From a bacterium (lineage in GTDB: Bacteria > UBA4055): a stretch of DNA of 64,000 bases. Position 1 is the stretch's first letter; every line of letters begins with the position of its first letter. Shown here in pieces: positions 31,593 to 40,179 of this stretch. The stretch spans positions 7,089 to 71,088 of the forward strand of contig JAKQBN010000055.1 of the NCBI GenBank assembly GCA_029559475.1, given 5' to 3'. The notes beneath the pieces were generated by a model. That model had not been told where the DNA came from. It made no database searches and was given only the letters and a program-made list of their open reading frames with translations. A program made the position numbers and the translations under genes.

Positions 31593-32408
31593 CTATTTAC
31601 CCACTCCGTACATCGGCGTAATACCCTGTCCGAGGATGATCGAAACATTCTGCTTTTCTCTGACCAGCTCGATCTTTTCTTTCTCGATCTCGAGTGCACG
31701 GAGCTGCAGATATTCCTGGATTGACATAGACATCTGATTCTGATAGGCTTTATCAGCAATAGCTTTATTAACCTCGGCTTCCTTTCTGGAAACCTCAGCC
31801 TTAGATCTTGCTTCCTGTGTAAGTATGCTCTGATTCTGAGCTGCGGTCCTTTTTGTTTCCTCGAGAACTTCCTGCGGTGGAGTAACGGCACCGACCACTA
31901 CCTGCAGAATTTCAACAGGAATATCTATCTTTTTGCAGTAATCAGTAATAAGCGTGAAAGTTTCGCTCTGGATCTCCGCAAGTACCTGTCGGTTCCCCGC
32001 AAGATCGAACATTTTGTAAGAAGAGGCTTTATCCCTTATCATAGTTCTGAAAGTTTCCTGAATCGACATCGCATACCAGTTCTGACCGAATTTTTCATAA
32101 AGTTTAGGCGTTTGGCCTTTTATGATCTGAAGTTTCAGATATGCGTTGAAGTCCACCGGAATGTTGTCGTCGGTTATCATATCATCGAACGGTTCTGTGA
32201 TCGTCAGAGGCGTAACTTTAAAAAAAATCGCGCTTGTTGTCGGTGCCACCCAGACTAGACCCGGCTTTACAGCATCCTGATCAACTCCTCCATGTCCGAA
32301 AACCCAGGGCTGCATAAGAAGTACAGCTTCTTCATCCCCGTTCGGAGATACGGAGCAACCGGCAAGAAAAATTAACGAGGTTAATAGGAGATATTTTACA
32401 TACTTCAT
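31593..32408 (-). CDS. SPFH/Band-7 (prohibitin-like) lipoprotein
   Basis: Signal peptide with lipobox LAGCS. Prohibitin-like core and C-terminal coiled coil. Confidence 0.7.
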   Translation of the reverse strand: MKYVKYLLLTSLIFLAGCSVSPNGDEEAVLLMQPWVFGHGGVDQDAVKPGLVWVAPTTSAIFFKVTPLTITEPFDDMITDDNIPVDFNAYLKLQIIKGQTPKLYEKFGQNWYAMSIQETFRTMIRDKASSYKMFDLAGNRQVLAEIQSETFTLITDYCKKIDIPVEILQVVVGAVTPPQEVLEETKRTAAQNQSILTQEARSKAEVSRKEAEVNKAIADKAYQNQMSMSIQEYLQLRALEIEKEKIELVREKQNVSIILGQGITPMYGVGK

Positions 32409-32421
32409 TTGATCCTCCTGT

Positions 32422-33354
32422 TTAGTTTTGTCTTATATTATGTTCGGCGAGTCCGTAACATTCGTTCTTTTCGTGATTCTCGTGATGCCCCATCGGTTCT
32501 ATATGAACCACGATGTCGTAAACGTTCGGGATCTCTGATCTAATTTTATCTTCAAGCGCCATTACGAGATCGTGGGCATCAGATACTTTAATATTCCCGT
32601 CAACTTCCACGTCCATGTCGATAGTGTAAAGCACTCCGAGCTTAGTTATTCTAACGCGGTGCGGATTACCCACTCCGTCAGATTTTCTTACGACCTCGAA
32701 AATCTTATTGTATAGTTCCTGATCAACTTCTCCTTCCATCAGTTCCGTTAGGGTTCCCATGAATATCCTGACTGCGGAGAACATTATCCATACGCTTATT
32801 ATTATTGCAATTATCCTGTCTATTACAGGCATGTGAAAGTAAAAAGCGCAACATAGACCCATAAGTACACCGGTTGAAGTGACAACATCGTTGAGCATAT
32901 TTCTGCAGTTAGCTTTAAGCATTTCGCTGCGGGATTTTTTACCGAGAGCGTACTGGCTGTACGATAAAAGTATTTTTCCGAATATCGAGAAAACGGTCAC
33001 GTAGACGGCCCATATTCCCGGCATTTCTATAACAGGATGATTCGCGAGCTTATCTATCGTCGTCATAGCGAGCTGGCCGCCTATGAAGAACATTATAAAT
33101 GAAAGAACCGCAGTAGCTATTGTTTCAGCTCTGAAATGGCCGTACGGGTGTTTAGCGTCCGGAGGAGTATCAATTATCTTAGCCACGAACAGAGTGATTA
33201 TAGATATAAAAATATCGGTCATGCTGTCGATACCGTCGCTGACTACGGACATACTTCCTGACATCAGACCTATTATGATCTTGGATGCCGAAAGCACTGC
33301 ATTACCCGCGATGCTTATGATTGAAGCTGTTCTTATTATTCTGTTCCTGTCCAT
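32422..33354 (-). CDS. cation diffusion facilitator (CDF) family metal transporter
   Basis: Six TM segments with SMSVVSDGIDSMTD and HPYGH motifs. Cytoplasmic C-terminal domain. Confidence 0.85.
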   Translation of the reverse strand: MDRNRIIRTASIISIAGNAVLSASKIIIGLMSGSMSVVSDGIDSMTDIFISIITLFVAKIIDTPPDAKHPYGHFRAETIATAVLSFIMFFIGGQLAMTTIDKLANHPVIEMPGIWAVYVTVFSIFGKILLSYSQYALGKKSRSEMLKANCRNMLNDVVTSTGVLMGLCCAFYFHMPVIDRIIAIIISVWIMFSAVRIFMGTLTELMEGEVDQELYNKIFEVVRKSDGVGNPHRVRITKLGVLYTIDMDVEVDGNIKVSDAHDLVMALEDKIRSEIPNVYDIVVHIEPMGHHENHEKNECYGLAEHNIRQN

Positions 33355-33363
33355 AAGAATAGA

Positions 33364-33392
33364 ATATTATGAAATAAAAAAATCTAAATCAA
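33364..33392 (-). promoter_or_regulatory. sigma70-type promoter for the CDF gene, near-leaderless geometry
   Basis: Minus strand: accTTGATT (33387-33392), 17-nt spacer, TAATAT (33364-33369). Only 9 nt separate the -10 box from ATG 33354. Confidence 0.4.
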
Positions 33393-33478
33393 GGTAAATA
33401 AAAAGTCTGATCGTTTATTACTTGAAATATGATTATATTTTGTTTAATATATCATCAGTATAATCTTAGGGAGGGTCT

Positions 33479-35005
33479 ATGACTTTATCAAAATCAAAAA
33501 TGCTGTTTAATTCGATATTACTGATCTGTACCGTTGTTTCATCACAGACAATAGTTCAGTGGTACACATCAATGGGGAATTTTAAAGGCCAGATGAGAGA
33601 GGATCTCGTTCCTATCACAGCTAATAATTTTATCGATCTTACAAACGCGGGTTTTTATGACGGTCTGATATTTCACAGAGTGATACAGGGTTTTGTCATA
33701 CAGGACGGCGACCCGCTGGGTACAGGCACCGGAGGACCGGGATATACGATACCTGATGAATTTCATCCTGATCTCAACCACAATTCCGCGGGAGTGCTCT
33801 CTATGGCAAATGCGGGGCCTAATACAGGGGGCTCACAGTATTTCATAACGCTGGATTCTTATCCTCATCTTAACGATAGCTATTCGGTCTTCGGTAAGAT
33901 AGTCGAGGGGATGGATGTTGTTTTCAATATCAGTTATGTTCCGGTAGATGATTCAGACAAACCGGTAACTCCTGTAAGAATAGACAGTATCAGAGTCGTA
34001 TATTCACCTCCTGCAGATGGAGTTTATCTAAGCGGTTATATCGAAGGCAGGACGCTTGTTTATGACGAAATATCCCTTGTCAATGTTAATGACCTGTTCT
34101 CGGATCGCGGCGGTGCGGACATTATGCTGAGTATTGAAGGCAATAGCAACCCTGAGATTCTTTCGTGTGCTCTGAACGATTCAGTCCTGACTCTAACGGC
34201 AGGAAATACTTCCGAAGGCTCATCTATAGTTACACTTAAAGGTACCGCGGGTGATTCATCAGAGACTTTTGATATTAAAGTATCTGTAATTGACTATAGC
34301 ATGACAGTGGAAGATTTTGAATCTGGAAGTATAGTCAGATTCCCGTGGCAGACAGGAATATACGGCTGGTCAGCTCAGAATACCGATCCGCAGGAAGGGG
34401 TCTACAGCCTGCAGTCCGACGCGATCGGGCATAGCCAGACCACGGAAATATTCATTGATACATATTATGAAAACGACGGTGAAATAAGCTTCTGGTACAA
34501 AGTTTCGTCCCAGGAAGATTATGATTATCTGGAGTTTTGGATCAACAGGATTAAAAAGATGTCCGTAAGCGGAGAGACACCCTGGAGAAAGATCGCTTTT
34601 CCAGTATCGTCCGGCAACCGCACTTTTAAATGGTATTATAAAAAAAGTGCTTCGGGGGTCTCCGGCGAGGACTGCGCAAGGATCGACAGGATAGAATTCA
34701 GAGGCGGTTCACCGGTATCGATAGAGCCTCAGATCACGCCTGTTCAGGTAGAGCTTTATAAGAATTATCCGAATCCGTTCAATCCAAGCACAGAAATAAC
34801 TTTTTCAATAGACAGAGCTCAACCTGTCAGGCTGTCGGTTTATAATCTTTCAGGCCAATTGGTCTCAGATCTCGTCAACAGGAAGCTGGAAAAAGGTTTT
34901 CATCAAATCAATTTTGATGCTTCAAACCTAAACAGCGGGATTTACTTTTATAAATTGGAATGCGAAGGTTTTACCGGGACGAATAAAATGCTGCTTATCA
35001 AATAG
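33479..35005 (+). CDS. secreted cyclophilin-type peptidyl-prolyl isomerase with extra beta-rich domains and T9SS C-terminal sorting domain
   Basis: FHRVIQGFVIQDGDP, SMANAGPNTGGSQYFIT. The C-terminal YPNPFNPSTEITFSI...SGIYFYKL is a T9SS type-A sorting domain. Confidence 0.85.
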   Translation: MTLSKSKMLFNSILLICTVVSSQTIVQWYTSMGNFKGQMREDLVPITANNFIDLTNAGFYDGLIFHRVIQGFVIQDGDPLGTGTGGPGYTIPDEFHPDLNHNSAGVLSMANAGPNTGGSQYFITLDSYPHLNDSYSVFGKIVEGMDVVFNISYVPVDDSDKPVTPVRIDSIRVVYSPPADGVYLSGYIEGRTLVYDEISLVNVNDLFSDRGGADIMLSIEGNSNPEILSCALNDSVLTLTAGNTSEGSSIVTLKGTAGDSSETFDIKVSVIDYSMTVEDFESGSIVRFPWQTGIYGWSAQNTDPQEGVYSLQSDAIGHSQTTEIFIDTYYENDGEISFWYKVSSQEDYDYLEFWINRIKKMSVSGETPWRKIAFPVSSGNRTFKWYYKKSASGVSGEDCARIDRIEFRGGSPVSIEPQITPVQVELYKNYPNPFNPSTEITFSIDRAQPVRLSVYNLSGQLVSDLVNRKLEKGFHQINFDASNLNSGIYFYKLECEGFTGTNKMLLIK

Positions 35006-35020
35006 CGGCAGTTTCGGAAT

Positions 35021-35539
35021 TTATTCAACTTCGATATCGAAAGATTTTAATAGTGATATTGCTTCCGGGATCGAAAATTTTGCTTTCTTGTGAATATTCT
35101 GGTTCAGATTTATTTCATAATTGACCGCATTGACGAATGAGGCAGAACTGAGGTCGCAATTCTTAAACCTGCTGTTTTGTAGGTCTGAATTGTCAAAAAC
35201 AGCTTTAGTCAGGTTAGTTCTATAAAAATCGCAATCGTGAATTTTGCAGCTGTCAAATATAATATTCTTCAGATCCATTTCAGAAAACACGCACAAGGTT
35301 ATCTGACAGTCTTTGCAGTTAAAGCTGAATGTGAAAGTATCGCAGTTTGAAAAATTCAGCCCCAGCATTTTGCAGTTATTGAACGAAACATTTATAAGCC
35401 TGGTTTTAGTCAGATCTACATTCGACAGATTGCAGTTTTCAAAGCGGCAGTCTGTGAAGGCTGTTCTCTTAAAAGATAGGCCGGTGAAATTTATATTTTC
35501 AAAGGTTTCAGATTCAAATTCATTATTTTCGTATTCCAT
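35021..35539 (-). CDS. pentapeptide-repeat protein
   Basis: Repeated A(D/N)LxX-type units throughout (FENCNLSNVDLTKTRLINVSFNNCKM...). Confidence 0.85.
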   Translation of the reverse strand: MEYENNEFESETFENINFTGLSFKRTAFTDCRFENCNLSNVDLTKTRLINVSFNNCKMLGLNFSNCDTFTFSFNCKDCQITLCVFSEMDLKNIIFDSCKIHDCDFYRTNLTKAVFDNSDLQNSRFKNCDLSSASFVNAVNYEINLNQNIHKKAKFSIPEAISLLKSFDIEVE

Positions 35540-35565
35540 AGCTATATCTTTTCCAGATAAGGTTA

Positions 35566-35590
35566 GACTTTTTTGCGACGAATAAATTTA
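35566..35590 (+). repeat. junction repeat M1 (gacttttttgcgacgaataaattta)
   Basis: 22/25 identical to M2 at 37321-37345. It overlaps the RhuM stop codon. Confidence 0.85.
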
Positions 35591-36637
35591 TTTTAATTTC
35601 TTTACATCTATTTTTTTGATATCTGTTTCAAGCTCTTTCAGGCTATTTTCTCTTTCTGCAAGCCTCTGGTTCTCAATGAATTTCTCATATTCGGCTTCTG
35701 ACTTCTCAAGAGCTGCCTGATGACTTATTTTTCCTGCGTGTGTGAGTAATTCTCTCTTGTTCATTTTTAAAATATCGTCAAGCTTTTCTATCCAGTCTTT
35801 CATATACATCGGAATATGCTGATTCGCCATTGTCTCAGCGAACGCGAGATACTGCTCCACAAGAAGCCCGAGAAGGCTCATTTCGTTCTCATTCAGATAA
35901 TTTTTTGCTGTCGAAACTTCGCTTTTTGTAATTCGTGTGCCGGAATCTTTATCGTAAGACTGCATGCCCATCAAAGGCATTTTTGCATCAGCTCTTCGAT
36001 AAATCAGCTCAGCTGCGGTCTGCTTACTTATAGCCCATAATAGTTTATTCTGAACGATCTTGAAGAATTCGATAGTTTTTTCATCTTTGGGATTATAATC
36101 TATGCTTGTTGTATAAATATCTTTGATCTTCTGATAAAAGAACCGTTCTGAGATCCTTATCTCGCGAAGTCGTGCCTGAAGTTCGTTAAAATAATTCATC
36201 GAATTACCCTTTTTGAACCTCTCATCGTTCAGAGTGAAGCCTTTAACGATATATTCCTTAAGCCTCTGAGTAGCCCATTTTCTGAATTGGGTACCCTGGA
36301 GTGATTTTACACGATATCCGACAGAAATTATAGCATCGAGATTATAATAATTAACTTCCGTTTCTTGAGTTTTACCTTCAATTGCACCGTGCTGAGTGGT
36401 TTGTCGGAATTTCCGACATACCATATGTTCATCCAATTCGCACTCTTTAAAAATATTTCTAATATGTTCAGTTATTGTCGTTCTGCCTTTCCCGAAAAGC
36501 TGAGCTATCTGATTTTGATTCAGCCATACGGTTTCACTTTCCAGGATCACATCGATCTTTACTTTGCCGTCATCAGCTTCGTAAACAAGGAATTGGCTGC
36601 TCTTCGAATCATGTATTGTGATATCATTTTTTGCCAT
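35588..36637 (-). CDS. RhuM-family protein
   Basis: N-terminal FLVYEADDGKVKIDVILESETVWLNQNQIAQLFGKGRTTITEHIRNIF and the central region are typical of RhuM. Confidence 0.8.
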   Translation of the reverse strand: MAKNDITIHDSKSSQFLVYEADDGKVKIDVILESETVWLNQNQIAQLFGKGRTTITEHIRNIFKECELDEHMVCRKFRQTTQHGAIEGKTQETEVNYYNLDAIISVGYRVKSLQGTQFRKWATQRLKEYIVKGFTLNDERFKKGNSMNYFNELQARLREIRISERFFYQKIKDIYTTSIDYNPKDEKTIEFFKIVQNKLLWAISKQTAAELIYRRADAKMPLMGMQSYDKDSGTRITKSEVSTAKNYLNENEMSLLGLLVEQYLAFAETMANQHIPMYMKDWIEKLDDILKMNKRELLTHAGKISHQAALEKSEAEYEKFIENQRLAERENSLKELETDIKKIDVKKLK

Positions 36638-36695
36638 ATATTCTCCTCAGTAACTTCATAGGCAATTTAAGAAAAAATTCAAAGATATTCTATAT

Positions 36696-36733
36696 TTACC
36701 TGAATTATTTACATGAACCTTATTATTGACGAT
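36696..36733 (+). repeat. junction repeat N1 (ttacctgaattattta...ccttattattga)
   Basis: 32/38 identical to N2 at 38022-38059, including an exact 16-mer. Contains ACCTGAAT, also present in R1/R2. Confidence 0.85.
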
Positions 36734-36784
36734 TTGATTTAATCGGAAAAATTCGTATATTACGGATAAGAAAACGGAGTAAGA

Positions 36785-37033
36785 ATGCCTGTAATATCAA
36801 GATTCTATGGCATAATAATTAAGATGTACTTCAATGAGCACGGAATTCCTCATTTTCATGCTATTTATAATGAGTATAACGGAGTTTTCAGCATATCTGA
36901 TCTGATAATGATAGAAGGGGATTTGCCTTCAAAAGCACAGACACTTGTAAAGGAGTGGGCATTTAAATATAAAGATGAACTTGAAAAGATGTGGGCAACG
37001 AAAGACATAATTACTCTTCCGGGGTTGGAATAA
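36785..37033 (+). CDS. DUF4160-family protein
   Basis: MPVISRFYGIIIKMYFNEHGIPHFHA is the DUF4160 signature. Confidence 0.8.
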   Translation: MPVISRFYGIIIKMYFNEHGIPHFHAIYNEYNGVFSISDLIMIEGDLPSKAQTLVKEWAFKYKDELEKMWATKDIITLPGLE

Positions 37034-37320
37034 TGAATTTCCATAGAATTAAAAATATAGAGGTTTTGAATAATTATCAGCTCAAAGTTGAATTTATAAC
37101 CGGCGAAATAAAAATATACGATTGCAAACCACTGCTTGAGAAAGATGTTTTCAAAGCTCTGGAAAATGAGAATTTATTCAGGAAAGTAAAGGTTGATATT
37201 GGAGGCTACGGTATTATCTGGAACGATGAAATTGATATTTCTGAATCTGAATTATGGATAAACGGCAAAAATATTAACTCCCAAGTCGCTGAAGACAAAG
37301 CAGATTACAATTCAAAATAA
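37033..37320 (+). CDS. DUF2442-family protein (usual partner of DUF4160)
   Basis: The ATG overlaps the upstream stop (taATG). IKNIEVLNNYQLKVEFITGEIKIYD resembles DUF2442. Confidence 0.75.
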   Translation: MNFHRIKNIEVLNNYQLKVEFITGEIKIYDCKPLLEKDVFKALENENLFRKVKVDIGGYGIIWNDEIDISESELWINGKNINSQVAEDKADYNSK

Positions 37321-37345
37321 GACTTTTTTATAACGAATAAATTTA
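37321..37345 (+). repeat. junction repeat M2 (gacttttttataacgaataaattta)
   Basis: Starts immediately after the DUF2442 stop codon. 22/25 identical to M1. Confidence 0.85.
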
Positions 37346-37350
37346 CTCGA

Positions 37351-37899
37351 TTACGGCAGGCGGCCGAGCAGAAGGTTTAAACTCAGGCCCGCAAAGCTTT
37401 TCTCCGCATTGATATTCCCGAAAGCCGAAAGACTTAATCCGAAAGGACGCGCTCTGTTCAGATCAAGCTGAATTTCCAAAGGAAACCCGAATGTCTGAAA
37501 ATTGTTCATTTCGTATCTTGGTGAAGGATCGTTCTCAATAAAATATTTTTTACCTTCATATTCACCGGTTGTAACACTAATACCGCAAAGATATGATAAA
37601 TGAATATTCCCGAAAGATCGTCCGTATCCGTAAAGCAAACCATAATCCCAGGCTGAACCGCCATTATAAGGCTCACACGAAATAGTGCTACCTCCCGCAA
37701 TTCTCAACTTGATAACGTGCGTGTATTTTGAAAAATTGATTGAAACATTACCGCCTGTTAAGCCTGTATCCTCTGTAACAACTGCGCCTAATCCTGCGCT
37801 GAACCAGAGATGGTAGGGGAAAGGTCCGGTGCGTTCCTTGAAATTTATCGCGTTCAGGCATGAGGCGGTGAAGATCAGGAACAATAAAAAATACTTCAT
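37351..37899 (-). CDS. putative secreted or outer-membrane beta-rich protein
   Basis: N-terminal signal peptide (MKYFLLFLIFTASCLNA). Gly/aromatic-rich alternating pattern. No family recognised. Confidence 0.45.
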   Translation of the reverse strand: MKYFLLFLIFTASCLNAINFKERTGPFPYHLWFSAGLGAVVTEDTGLTGGNVSINFSKYTHVIKLRIAGGSTISCEPYNGGSAWDYGLLYGYGRSFGNIHLSYLCGISVTTGEYEGKKYFIENDPSPRYEMNNFQTFGFPLEIQLDLNRARPFGLSLSAFGNINAEKSFAGLSLNLLLGRLP

Positions 37900-38021
37900 T
37901 TTGACCTCAGTTTTGCAGTCGAATTACACTTTCTGATAATTTAGGAACACTTGAGACTTTTTGCAAGGTAATATTATCGTTTTGCTGTCCTCAGCAAAAT
38001 GATCGGAACTCACATTTCCGC

Positions 38022-38059
38022 TTACCTGAATTATTTATAAAAGCCTTATTATTGAAGAG
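38022..38059 (+). repeat. junction repeat N2
   Basis: 32/38 identical to N1. Its last 11 nt overlap the stop and last codons of the DUF4143 ATPase gene. Confidence 0.85.
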
Positions 38060-39254
38060 TTGGTTTAGACAGAAAATCAAACAGATTTATATGTTTTACG
38101 CCTGACTTTCTTTTAAAAACGACCGGATCCATTGAAATAACATACTTCGGATGGTTGTCCCTGACAGCCTCAAGGGCTGAAAACTCTCTTTCTGCTGTTT
38201 CCTGATTCTGCATCAGATATGATACCTGAATATAGATTTTTTCTTCTTCCTTTTCCGCTATAAAATCAATTTCCTTGTCTCCTATTCTGCCGAATGATAC
38301 TTTATAATCCCTTCTGTAAAGCTCAAGGCAGACTATGTTCTCCAGTATTCCGCCGATATCTTCATCTCTGAATCCCAGTACCGCGTGTCTTAAACCCAGG
38401 TCGCCGGCGTAATATTTTGCGTTCGTGTCAAGATATTCTTTTCCTTTTAAGTCGTATTGCCTGATCTTATGTGTGATCATTACATCGTTCAGGTTGTGTA
38501 TAAGGCTCAGAATAGTCGGAACACTGGTTTTTATGTGCTGGTTCTTCATATATTTTACGACGCTGCTTGCGTTGAACTGATTACCTATGTTATCGAAAAC
38601 AAAGCTCACTACGTCCTCCAGCAGGCTCACATTCCTTACATTGAATTTCTTAACTATATCTTTGAGAAGTATCGTCTGGTAGATAGCATCAAGGAACTGA
38701 AATGTTGCGGAAGCTTGAAAATCCAGATGAAAAAGTCCCGGCAGCCCTCCGAATCTGATATATTTTCTGAATACTTCCTCCTTCGGCTTACTTTCAAAAC
38801 CTCCGAGCTCGGTAAATTCATTGAAGCTGAAAGTATATATTTTGAACTCGACATATCTGCCTGAGATCAAAGTGGCAAGATCAGATGAGAGAAGATGCGA
38901 GTTCGATCCTGTGATATAAACATCCATGCCTTCAGCCAGAAAAGAGTTCACCGACCGTTCCCATTCCTTTATTTCCTGTACTTCATCAATAAGGATAACC
39001 GAACCGGACTTTCCTCCCGATTCGTCTATATAGCTATTCAATACTTTATAGTCAGTTATAAAATCGAACTGACGAAGCTCTTTATTTATTGAAATGACTT
39101 TCTTTTTCGGTTCGTTATGTTTTATCTCAGCTTCGATCTGCTTCAGCAGTTCACTTTTTCCCACCCTTCTCATACCGCTCAGGATCTTTATGACCGGTTT
39201 ACCCATAAAAGGCCTGATCTTTTTTAAATATGTTTCCCTTATTATAGTTTTCAT
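38049..39254 (-). CDS. AAA_14 + DUF4143 ATPase
   Basis: Walker A SGMRRVGKS, Walker B VILIDEVQ. C-terminal DUF4143-like region (GRIGDKEIDFI...). Confidence 0.8.
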   Translation of the reverse strand: MKTIIRETYLKKIRPFMGKPVIKILSGMRRVGKSELLKQIEAEIKHNEPKKKVISINKELRQFDFITDYKVLNSYIDESGGKSGSVILIDEVQEIKEWERSVNSFLAEGMDVYITGSNSHLLSSDLATLISGRYVEFKIYTFSFNEFTELGGFESKPKEEVFRKYIRFGGLPGLFHLDFQASATFQFLDAIYQTILLKDIVKKFNVRNVSLLEDVVSFVFDNIGNQFNASSVVKYMKNQHIKTSVPTILSLIHNLNDVMITHKIRQYDLKGKEYLDTNAKYYAGDLGLRHAVLGFRDEDIGGILENIVCLELYRRDYKVSFGRIGDKEIDFIAEKEEEKIYIQVSYLMQNQETAEREFSALEAVRDNHPKYVISMDPVVFKRKSGVKHINLFDFLSKPTLQ

Positions 39255-39409
39255 GTTTTAATTCCTATTTTAAATTCCTGACAAAATAAAGGAAATTTAA
39301 TATATACTTTAGATAAATGCAAGTTTTTAATTAATTTAAAATGTAAAATTATTTAAATATTAAAGCTGCGGCTTCATACTGCGTAGAAGTATCATTTATT
39401 TCTGACCAC

Positions 39410-39497
39410 TTTTGGCTGTTTTACAAGGATAATAAATAACATTAATGGACAAAAGGAAAGGTTATTTTAACAATATTTTGGCTATTTTACAAGGATA
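39410..39497 (+). repeat. two 22-nt direct repeats (ttttggctRttttacaaggata) 66 nt apart
   Basis: 39410-39431 and 39476-39497 differ at one position. They lie in the 336-nt AT-rich gap upstream of the DUF4143 ATPase gene. Confidence 0.85.
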
Positions 39498-39590
39498 CTT
39501 TATTTTGAACGATTAATTAACAGGCATATAGGGTAAGTTTCAAATCAACGATACAAGATAAAATTCCCAAATATTCTATAACTACCTTCA

Positions 39591-40094
39591 CTACCCCAGC
39601 CCCAGCACCAATTCCGGAATAAACTTATTCCTTGCGTCAGGATAGATCTTCTTTCTAAAGTTCTCTACCGCAATTTTCTCATATAAGTATAAAGACCCTC
39701 CGTCTCCGGCTATTGAATATTTAGGCATAATAATATCACCCAGCTTAATATCCGCTTTCAAAGCACCTGCCGCGCCTATGAATATCACTTTTTTGCATTT
39801 CGATCCGCCCAGAGTCAAACATGAATCGATCGTATTGGCCGCACCCGCCGCTACCTGAATATAGCCGAAACTTTTACCTTCAAATTCTACGGTATAACCG
39901 CAATAATACGGACCTTTTTTTTCTACTCTGACCACAGGATTGTATGCCGAAAAAATAATTTCAGGATTCCACGAAGGAGCCACGATTACCGCATCGTATT
40001 CAAAATCGGGATCTAACCCGTAGATATCTTTCAGCAGATTATCACAGGCGTTATACTTATGCAGGGATGATTTAAATTTTTCGTAGAGGGTCAT
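39591..40094 (-). CDS. nucleoside phosphorylase-family (PNP_UDP_1-like) protein, apparently C-terminally truncated
   Basis: VIFIGAAGALKADIKLGDIIMPKYSIAGDGGS resembles the phosphorylase core. At 167 aa it is short for the family. Confidence 0.45.
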   Translation of the reverse strand: MTLYEKFKSSLHKYNACDNLLKDIYGLDPDFEYDAVIVAPSWNPEIIFSAYNPVVRVEKKGPYYCGYTVEFEGKSFGYIQVAAGAANTIDSCLTLGGSKCKKVIFIGAAGALKADIKLGDIIMPKYSIAGDGGSLYLYEKIAVENFRKKIYPDARNKFIPELVLGLG

Positions 40095-40179
40095 CTATTC
40101 GAACTCCTTTGAGCATTTGAGCCTGAAGCATTCAGATACTTATAACTTTTTTTTGTCGTCAATCTAAGAGGGAATAGTA

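Noticed and set aside
35027-35035. Inverted 9-mer aatttattc matching the reverse complement of the M core
   Set aside because: Chance-level length, and it lies inside the last codons of the pentapeptide-repeat gene.
37981-38000. Hairpin tttgctg-tcct-cagcaaa as terminator of the DUF4143 ATPase gene
   Set aside because: The 7-bp stem is real, but there is no U-run on either strand after the stem. It is not confidently a terminator.
39378-39388. 11-mer atactgcgtag identical to part of R1
   Set aside because: An 11-mer match to a 58-nt query is about what chance predicts in 128 kb of two-strand sequence, and the flanks do not align. It is not counted as a repeat copy.
39410-39497. Possible CRISPR array (also considered for 61175-61440 and 6505-6540)
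   Set aside because: There are only two 22-nt copies at the first site. The other two sites are in-frame coding tandem repeats without spacers. No cas genes are present.
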